From an uncultured Candidatus Peribacteria bacterium (lineage in GTDB: Bacteria > Patescibacteriota > Gracilibacteria > Absconditabacterales > Absconditicoccaceae): a stretch of 60,728 nucleotides of DNA. Below the pieces are notes generated by a model. That model was not told the DNA's origin. It searched no databases and saw only the letters and a list, made by a program, of their open reading frames with translations. Both the position numbers and the translations under genes were made by a program. Positions 52,893 through 60,728 of this stretch are shown here, in pieces. The DNA lies in contig CAZJMP010000001.1 of assembly GCA_964547365.1 (NCBI GenBank), forward strand, positions 1 to 60,728. Reading direction: 5' to 3'. Each line of letters starts with the position of its first letter. The stretch's first letter is position 1.

Positions 52893-52921
52893 TACGAATT
52901 ACGGATTACGGATTACGAATT
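52891..52921. repeat. Tandem heptamer ATTACG[A/G], four units
   Basis: attacga attacgg attacgg attacga att, abutting the start codon of the phosphoesterase gene. Confidence 0.85.
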
Positions 52922-52970
52922 AAAATGACTCACCCATGATACTAATTCGATTTGTAAAAAAAAGGCAGAA

Positions 52971-53630
52971 ATGTATATTCTTGGTATGAAAAAACGTCTA
53001 CGACTCGTATTGATCGTCATTTGCGTCCTTGTTCTTGTAGGACTAAAGGTATTTTCTCCTGAGGATACGCGAATATGCGACGGCGATACTTTAGTGAAAC
53101 ATGGGAATCCTAGCTCTGATGGCTCAGGATTTTTTTGTTCGTGAGGTAAACTTATGAACAAAACACTTTTACCTTTTTCCACTACATCAATGAAAATCAT
53201 TACGGATTTTACCGATAATGGACTCATCCCTTCCAAATACACTTGCGACGGGGATGGCTATTTTCCTCATCTGACGATAGAAGATATTCCTGCAAACACT
53301 AAAGCTCTAGCGCTTGTCGTCGATGATCCTGATGCGCCTGGGGGGACTTGGGATCATTTGTTGCTTGCGAATATCCCTGTAGAATGAGTCCGTATCATCA
53401 TTTCCCAAGACAGTTTCGATACTTCTATCTTGTGACAGAATTCGTGGGGTGAATTGGCTCGATGAGCTCCTTGTCCGCCAAATTGAACGCATAGATATGT
53501 TTTCAAGGTGTATGCACTATCGGAAAAACTGGAAATCTCTTCGGGATTCTCCAAAGAAAGATTATCTGAGTTGTTATGAGGAAAAATAAACGCTCAAGCA
53601 CAGCTTGTAGGATTGTACAAAAGACAATAA
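52971..53630 (+). CDS. YbhB/YbcL-family PEBP (Raf kinase inhibitor-like) protein with an N-terminal anchor
   Basis: VVDDPDAPGGTWDHLLLANIP, PCPPN[G]THRYVFKVYAL. Confidence 0.85.
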
Positions 53631-53675
53631 GATATCCCTTATCATATGCTGTATTTACTTATTTTTGTATTTCTA

Positions 53676-53837
53676 TTGACTTTTTCTTTAAATTATTTAT
53701 ATAATATGTTATAATATCCATTTATCCTTTCATATATCACATGTCCAGGTGCAGGTATAGGTACAGACGAAAACATTGCGAAAGCGTGGATGCGCTGGGA
53801 TAGTGAACAAGAAAGAGCCATACGGCTCTTTTTTTTA
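53676..53837 (+). promoter_or_regulatory. Promoter plus a ~130-nt leader ending in an intrinsic terminator (candidate attenuator, riboswitch or sRNA)
   Basis: ttgact, 18-nt spacer, tataat (53700-53705). Terminator agagcc-atac-ggctct plus T8 at 53814-53837, 88 nt before the ATG at 53925. Confidence 0.4.
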
Positions 53838-53924
53838 TCCTCCAAAGAAAAACACAAACATATACAGAACCTTAACAAAACCTTAACAAAACCTCCCTGT
53901 CTTTTATCTTTTCTCCCCATTGCC

Positions 53925-54938
53925 ATGAAAAAATCTTCACCATCACAACATCCTAGGATCGCTGCTAGGACTTCTGAAGAACAAATCTCCAGAGATGAAT
54001 TAGCTCAAGTGATACTATCCGTCAAACAGGATTTGAATTCTTGTTATGTTACCAAACAAGATGAAGCAGCCCAAGTCATTCAACAAAACATCCTAAAGAC
54101 GTTAGGATTCACCAAAGCTGCTATTCTTGAATGTTTAAAGGTTCCTTTTATGTGATCTTATCGTTTTTTTGATACTGCTATGTCGAGGTTTGAGTGATTA
54201 GATAATGAAGTTGCTATGAAATTGATTGCTAATGGTTATTGATGACTTGTTGCTAAACATCTCACATTATTCTCATGAGTCGATCATAAAGAAATAGCAC
54301 TTGCACTCCTTGCTAAAAAAAAATGAGATGATTTACTTTCTCACATAAGTAAATTTGATCGTATATCTCTCGATAGAGAAATTGCTATGAAATTGCTTGA
54401 AAATAAGACCCGATATTCTTTTGCTGATAGAATACAATATTTTACTCTGGAACCATGAGATTATAAAGATATAGCATATACATTAGTTTGCAGGGGAGAG
54501 GGTAATTCAATCGATAGAAATCTCTATAAATTTACATGACTGACTCCTGAAGATATCATCTACCTCAATGACAATATCTCAAATGCTTCTGAAATGATAT
54601 ATACTGTAGATGATGAGAAATTTGTCTTATCAGAAGATACTAAAGGTATTTCGTTCAATATTTCTTGATGGAGAGATGCTACTTCTCTCTCTATGGATTA
54701 TAAAAACAATGTAAGCTATTTTAGGGTAACATCAAATAATTGTGAGAATCCTTGCGAGCATTGCAAAAAATCTATGTTCACAGCCTGACGTAGAACTTGA
54801 TATCATTTCTACAGAAGCCAATATTATTCTTATTCTAATTATGCGCTTTATCAAAAACTTCCCGGTGTACCAAAAGACACTTCCATCGAATCCCTCAAGG
54901 AATTTTTGCAGCTTCCTGTTGTCGCTGACAAACAATAA
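53925..54938 (+). CDS. Hypothetical helical-repeat protein (337 aa)
   Basis: Track ORF 53790..54155 continues through about 10 TGA codons to TAA at 54936. Repeated EVAMKLI../REIAMKLLEN.. units. C-terminal CENPCEHC. Confidence 0.5.
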
Positions 54939-54941
54939 TAA

Positions 54942-56318
54942 CTATTTCCCTAAATAATTTCTTATCTTGTAATCGATATCGCCGGCGCTGTAGATGACGA
55001 TTACAGTGTCATTTTTCGCTTGTTCGATAGCTTTGGTTATGATTGCGAAATCAGTCGTATATGTTCCTCCGCAGACTTTGGCGAAGTGATTGCCTAAATC
55101 ATCCAAGGTACGAATATTCTCTTGCTTGATGAATGCGTGATGATCGATGAAATCTTGGATATTCTCTCTCGCTGCGTAGATGTCGTAGATCATGACGTGG
55201 TCGTATTTTTTCAATGCTTGCTGGAAATCTTTCCATCACAAAACTATCCTGTTTATCTGATGCGGTTGGAAAATGACGAACAATTTCTTCTTTGGAAATT
55301 TCTTTTTCAACGCTTGATATCCCAGCTCGATAGAGGAAGCCATGTGTCCGTAGTCTGTGAATATCTTTATACCATTCTTGTTTGTTTTGAGATATTCCAA
55401 TCTTCTTCGGATTCATCAAAAGGACTTCATAGTTGTAAGTATTTTTGTTTTCGGTTGCTTTGTGATTGTACTTAATGTTTCAAGAACCAACGAACCATTG
55501 ACGTTGTTGTGGTCACCGAGTAGATGAGTGAACGGAATGTTTTTGATTGCTACTTCTTTGATTTTTTTGGACTTCACTCACTTCAATCACTTCGGTACGA
55601 AAATAGTTTTTTTCGTTTTCGTGATGAGTTGATCAAATGCGGAAAGATAGTCTTTCATGTCTTTGTAGTAATCCGTGTGATCGAGTTCCAGTGAAGTTAT
55701 TATCGCATAATCCAAATCCAAATTGAGGAAGTGTCTTTTGTATTCACATGCTTCCACGAAAAAACTTCGCTTTTTTATCAGTTTATACTCTAGTTTTTTG
55801 CCTGTGAAAATATAATCGAAAATGTTTTTGATATCTTTCTTCGCTTTCGTGTTGATGGCATAACTTTTTTCGTCGAAGCTTGGGACTAGCGCTCATAGGA
55901 TGCCGAGTCAGAATTGCTTATCCAATTTTTTTGCCGTATGGATCGCTAGGGCAGTAGATGAGCTTTTCCCGTTCGTCCCTGTAAATCCTATCGTCGTGAA
56001 ATATTTGGAGACTTCTCCCAAAAATTGAAAATAATTCAGGATGACCATCACTTTCCTATTCTCTTTCATGATCTTTCTCGCTTCGAGTACTTCCGGACTT
56101 TCTGCAACGGCTTCGGAATAGATGACAACATCACCGAGATGAACCTTATATTTCTCGTGACCGATAATTACTTGTAATCACTTCGTTTTCAGTTTGTCCG
56201 TGAGCTCGCTTTGATTTGCATCGATGCACACGATGTTGGTATATCACAAATCATGCAGCATTCACGCTACGCCGGACATTCCTGTTCATCATGCTCAGAC
56301 TAAAACGATATTTCTCAT
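54942..56318 (-). CDS. murC: UDP-N-acetylmuramate--L-alanine ligase
   Basis: VLVGAGGTGMSGVAGML, GFTGTNGKSSSTAL, LELDHTDYY, GDHNNVNG, F[G]GIRRR.E, DYGHM, IFQPHQ, DIYAAREN. Confidence 0.88.
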
Positions 56319-56323
56319 GAGGT

Positions 56324-57172
56324 TTACTTAAAGTAAAATCCTATTCCTACTAAAACTGTCGTGATGATGGTAAGATAGATATCTTTTTTGCTAGGTTTCT
56401 CTTTGAGGATCAGATATCCGAAGAGCATAGTGACTCCTGTTGCCAAGAAGGATAATAGTGTCGAAACCACTATCCCAAATTCTGATACCAAGAAAAGGTA
56501 GAGGATGAATGAGAGATTCGTACCCGTCGCTTGTCCTGTCTCATATCATCGGAATTTCATCTTTGTGCCTTTGACTTTGGTCAGATATCATTTTACGAGT
56601 ACAGGAATGAGGAGTATCGCTACGATAATGATTTCATACAGGATGAAGTATTCTTTGTCTCCCAAGTCTGTCAGAAAGTATCCTGTAAGTACTGATTCTG
56701 CCGCTATTAGGAATTGGACAAGAAGAATCGTTTTGAGGTTTTTCGGCCGTTCGAACTTTTTGAAATCTATGGAGGAACCTATCGTTATTATGATGACGAG
56801 TATCCCTATGCCAACAGCTATCCGTGATGAATCTTTGAAAATAAGGAATCCCGCTATGATGGTGAATACACTATTGAGGTTCTCATAAGGCATAAGTGCG
56901 GATATCTTTTCTTTTCTGTATAATCATTGCTGGATATAATCGTAAGCTATTGCGATGAGGAGTATCACTACTATTCCTCATACTATTTTTCGATCCGTCA
57001 ATATCTGCCGGTTGAATCCTACTATTGCTACCAAGATAAGCGCTATGATGATACCATTCAATTCTCCCAGAAAACGGAAAAATATCTTAGGCAAACGAGA
57101 GATCAATAACGTTTTTTTCCATAATACGGTCGATATGCTGCCTAGAAGGTTTCCTACTATTGCTCGAAACAT
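56324..57172 (-). CDS. EamA/DMT-family transporter (282 aa)
   Basis: About 10 hydrophobic helices. Track ORFs 56978..57172 and 56588..56893 are in frame and joined through TGA codons. Confidence 0.6.
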
Positions 57173-57177
57173 AGTAA

Positions 57178-57747
57178 TTAATTATTTTTTAAATAATTTT
57201 TCATATCTATCATATGCTCTTGAATATGTATGATTTTCTGATTTGCCAAAAACATCAGATTCTCTCGCATGGCGATATTTCTAGAAAACGGATTCCCTCC
57301 TATTTTTCCTCAGCCGCTACGTACCTGATCGTTTACACAATCCAAGGCAGCGTCTATCTTCATCAATAACGCTGGTCTTTTGTCTTTGTCCATACAAGCA
57401 TCCTTGAATTCTTTTTGTGTTATCCTGAGCTCTTTTGGTAAGATATTTTCTATATCTGGACTATTTGTTATTTCTTCTATTTTTTTCAATAATTCTTTCA
57501 TTTCCAATGATTCTATTATGTTATTGAATTCCGTGTTGTCGAGTTTGTTGTCTTTTTGGATCTTTTCAAATGTTGTCTGATCGAGATCTATCGATCCCTC
57601 TTTGATCATATCTTTGAGCTCTTTGAGACTTAATTTGCTCTGGTGTAATGTTTTTTCATTCTCTTTATTGATATCTCATTTTTCTCTTTTGTTTTTTGAT
57701 TCGTTTTTTTTCCTCTCTTTTTCGTATTCTGATATGTATTCTGACAT
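57178..57747 (-). CDS. Hypothetical Lys/Glu-rich protein (189 aa)
   Basis: Track ORF 57310..57609 extended in frame on both sides under table 25. The extents are uncertain. Confidence 0.4.
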
Positions 57748-57853
57748 ACGTACAATATTAGGATATAAAATCCATTGTGATGTAGTGATATTTAATAGTC
57801 AGGGAAAAACAAGAAAAAAGAAAAATTCTCTGACAAGGAGAATTTCATTTTGA

Positions 57854-57940
57854 TGGTACCCAGAGGGGGACTTGAACCCCCACGACCTTACGGTCACCAG
57901 ATTTTGAGTCTAGCATGTCTACCAATTCCATCATCTGGGC
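57854..57940 (-). tRNA. tRNA-Leu (anticodon CAA), CCA encoded
   Basis: GCCCAGA-TG-ATGGAATTGGTAGACAT-G-CTAGA-CTCAAAA-TCTGG-TGACCGTAAGGTCGT-GGGGG-TTCAAGT-CCCCC-TCTGGGT-ACCA. Confidence 0.9.
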
Positions 57941-58077
57941 ATGGATTTTTTTGGGACTTTAGTGGTGAGTGTTTACTAAAATCCGGACAAAAATCAATTG
58001 ATTTTATGCTATATTTGTTTACATATCATGTGATGAATGTTTTTCATCCTATTTTTACACGATAATTCGATCGAATC

Positions 58078-58482
58078 ATGGATCTGAATAAGGTAATGAT
58101 TATCGGAAGAGCTACGAACAATCTGCAGGTCAAGACTATCGAAAGCAGTTGAACTTCTGTCGTGAACTTCACTGTTGCAACCAACAGGAAATTCAAGAAT
58201 AAGGAGGGTAACGTGCTGGAAGATGCAGAGTACCACAGATGTGTGGCCTACGGTAAAGGCGCTGAAGTATTGTCTAAGTATCTGAACAAGGGTAAGAGAA
58301 TCTACATTGAAGGTAGATTGAGAACAAGAAAACGGCAAGACAGTGAAGGTAAAGACAAATTCTCCACTGAAATTATCGTTGACAATTTCATCTTCTTGGA
58401 TCCTAAGGGACAAGGTGATGATGATCATGTATTGGATGCTGTTGAATCAGCTATCCCAGAAGACGAAGATGTACCATTCTAA
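58078..58482 (+). CDS. ssb: Single-stranded DNA-binding protein
   Basis: LNKVMIIGR.T, F.VATNR, H.CV..GK.AE, IEGRL.TR, acidic tail EDEDVPF. Confidence 0.92.
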
Positions 58483-58570
58483 AACGTTGATAAAATGATA
58501 AATTGATAAAATGTTAAATTGCTATCATTCATCTGTTTAACGTTTAAGCATTTTATCGTTTTAACATCAT
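58483..58570. repeat. 8-nt tandem repeat TGATAAAW with an inverted partner
   Basis: tgataaaa tgataaat tgataaaa tgttaaat, then ..cattttatcgttttaac (an inverted copy). Confidence 0.7.
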
Positions 58571-58651
58571 AATATTATGTCGATACTTATCTATGCACAA
58601 AGAAGTATCTATGTTTTTTAGACAGTTTTATACAGTTAGCGTTCGGTGATT

Positions 58652-59236
58652 ATGAGCTTCAAGACTAAATTCAAATATTTTCTCCTCGATCTTTTCGATA
58701 TGGTATCGTTTTTGATATTTGTGTGAGGAATAGTTCTGTTTATCAGATTTTTTGTCGCAAATCCATATACGGTAGTATGAGCGAGCATGTCTCCTACTTT
58801 TGAGGAAAATGATTTTATTATCGTGGACAAAATCACTCCAAGGTTTAGTGATCTTCAAAGAGGCGATGTCATTGTCTTTGTCCCTCCTGGAAAGACTATC
58901 CCATATATCAAGAGAGTTATTTGATTGCCTGGAGAGACTATTAGGATAAAAAACAATAGAGTATCTGTTTGTAAAACAGAAAATGCTATAGAGCAATGCA
59001 ATATCCTTGAAGAAAAATATCTTACTTGATCTGTGCAAACTGATGCAAGATGCTGAAAAAGCGAATTTGAAGTCAAAGAATGATTGTTTGTCATGTGAGA
59101 TAATAGATGATTCTCTACTGATTCTCGCTGTTGTTTCTGATTGGATTGCTATGAATGATCCTCGTATGAAGTACCATTCGATCATATCATAGGCAAGGTA
59201 TATGTCAGATTTTTCCCTCGTTTTCAGACATTCTAA
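58652..59236 (+). CDS. lepB: Signal peptidase I
   Basis: V[G]ASMSPT, KRVI[G]LPGE, M[G]DNR[G]FSTDSR. Confidence 0.9.
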
Positions 59237-59263
59237 TGCTATTTTATCCTTAGTGTTTTCCCT

Positions 59264-59839
59264 ATGAAAATATTTTCAAACTTTGACACTAGGCTAAGAC
59301 AGAAGGTTTTTGAAGAATACAAGATCAAATACGGCAGTGAAAACGTCCTTTGCTTCTGAAGAAGCAAGCTTTATCATATCATCAAAGTAGGAATCCCTCT
59401 TTTTATACTGACTCTAATCACTGTATTATGATTGGTCTTTTTCTATAAACGGGTGGGAGGCGATTATTTCTCTTATATATTGGCAGCAATATTGATTATA
59501 GATGTTGTATTTATCTTTCCTATCATCGGGAAATATATCGACTACAAAATGGATTTCATTATTGTGATACCCAATGCTATCATGATGTATGAACAATGAT
59601 GAATACTCAAGAGAAATGTCTCTACCATTAGCGCCCAAAGTGTCAAAACTATTACTATCCAAAAGTCTGGTTTGCTCTATAGTATCTTTGATAATGGCGA
59701 TATTATCGTGTTGACGGAAGGGGATACTGAACGTAATGGTGAAATTAAATTCCGCTGGATACCGAGACCTGAAAAAAGAAGAAATCAGATTGTCAAAGTC
59801 ATAGGTCTTGATTTGGAGGCAAATCCGAATCCTAAATAA
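59264..59839 (+). CDS. Membrane protein with a PH-like domain (paralog of 50927..51556)
   Basis: Two TM helices then ISAQSVKTITIQKSGLLYSIFDNGDIIVLTEGD. Confidence 0.5.
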
Positions 59840-59864
59840 TATTTATCTCTTATCTATCGTATAT

Positions 59865-60218
59865 ATGAAACAATCTGATCAGATACCTACTATCCCTTAT
59901 GATATCTACGAATCACCTCAGGAGATCGTCATTATGCTTCCATTGGGATGAGTGAAAAAAGAAAGCTTAAATTTACATATAAAAGATTATAGATTGGTAA
60001 TTACCGGTGAGAGAATCAAACCTAAGGTAAAAGAACATCTAATTCCACTCAAGGAAGAATGCTATCGGGGTCCTATCGATATGATTATCGATTTACCTCC
60101 TCAGGTATATTTCGATAAGATCCATTCTAAATTGACTCCTGACAATACGTTGCAGATCATTGTTCCAAAAGCTTTGGTTCCGGACAAGATCAAATTAGAA
60201 GTAGAATATGATAAATAA
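59865..60218 (+). CDS. Hsp20/alpha-crystallin family small heat-shock protein
   Basis: DIYES..E.VI.LPL[G]GVKKE.L.L.I.D..L.I.GER, L.I.VPK. Confidence 0.8.
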
Positions 60219-60284
60219 ATTCAAAATTTAGTTCCGGCTGTAATCCGGAACGCCGGAATGAGGATTCAGAAAAAATAATTTAGC

Positions 60285-60310
60285 ATGGGGACGCTAGTCC
60301 CTTTTTTCTA
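60285..60310 (+). terminator. Intrinsic terminator of hsp20
   Basis: gggac-gcta-gtccc hairpin plus T6. Overlaps the 3' end of the convergent gene. Confidence 0.6.
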
Positions 60311-60728
60311 TATAGGTAGATAAGTAGCCAGTCAATATTCACCGTATAACGAAGAAGAGGTAGTTAACCATACTGTCTTCAAAGACATGTAGAAAAATTC
60401 CCATGACCAATAGTGTAAATCGTCCTATATTGAGTCATTTTCGTACAATGTATATGGTCCTTTCGTTTGCATTCATCTGTATATTCTTGAGTTTGGTCTG
60501 TATCTTTCTCGCTAATCGTATCATCTGCAATGTTACGATAGTCCATAAGAGGAATCCTATGGTACCAATATCGAGCATCAACTGCATATAATAATTCTCA
60601 GGCAAAATAGTCCCATTGTGGTGGATTGCTGGACCTGATGTCCCCAAACCATATCCTCCTGGTTGCTGGATGATGTATTTGATGCTACCGAATTTTGCTT
60701 GAATATGCCCTAGTGTGGATTCTCCTTT
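60294..60728 (-). CDS. O-antigen ligase/Wzy_C-like membrane protein, C-terminal part (5' end outside the window)
   Basis: ..QQPGGYGLGTSGPAIHHNGTILPENYYMQLMLDIGTIGFLLW.. Track ORF 60435..60647 extended through TGA to TAG at 60294. Confidence 0.6.

Noticed and set aside
57850-58065. Track ORF of 71 aa on the plus strand
   Set aside because: It is antisense to and overlaps tRNA-Leu(CAA), and has no coding features.
1-60728. Widespread apparent gene fragmentation (secA in 6 pieces, the coupling ATPases in 5-7 pieces, and so on), which could be read as massive pseudogenisation or frameshifted assembly
   Set aside because: All pieces of each gene share a single frame and are separated only by TGA, never by TAA or TAG. 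The TGA positions coincide with conserved Gly residues. Recoding (table 25) explains all of it without any frameshift.

Overview
AT-rich 60.7-kb chromosomal segment that only makes sense under translation table 25 (UGA = Gly), the code used by the candidate phyla Absconditabacteria/SR1 and Gracilibacteria. The supplied ORF track used the standard code, so it is broken at in-frame TGA codons. Reading TGA as Gly fuses the fragments into about 65 tightly packed genes, and every one I re-derived ends in TAA or TAG. The content is mostly housekeeping: metK behind a SAM-I riboswitch, folD, corA, purB, a yidD-fmt fusion, holA, secA, a MiaB/MtaB-like radical SAM enzyme, gatA, ruvB, ndk, rpmE, murC, ssb, lepB, hsp20 and 4 tRNAs. 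There is also a type IV pilus/T2SS-like block (pilN/O-like, pilC, four prepilin-type genes), two large VirD4/TraD-like coupling-ATPase paralogs, an SLH surface protein, histone-H1-like basic proteins and many hypothetical proteins. Eight features stand out. (1) The recoding itself. (2) A dispersed 7-bp tandem-repeat family (GAAT[T/G][T/C]A) sits in 3' intergenic spacers and in-frame inside at least four ORFs, and other spacers carry different short tandem repeats. (3) Two tRNA genes flank a 2.5-kb islet carrying an archaeo-eukaryotic-type primase, and each is preceded by a 5' pseudo-copy of itself with a 32-nt hairpin insertion in the D-loop. (4) Two copies of a structured ~170-nt element show compensatory stem changes, and there is a separate multi-hairpin element. 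(5) One coupling ATPase has a C-terminal S1 domain, and the other is followed by a jelly-roll/kinase fusion ORF. (6) purB is free of TGA and may be horizontally acquired. (7) A PriA remnant and a MurI-like protein have lost catalytic motifs. (8) A three-gene hypothetical operon shares its promoter and leader sequence with the pilus operon. All coordinates were derived by hand from the sequence and the ORF-track anchors. Product calls rest on remembered family motifs, not on database searches.
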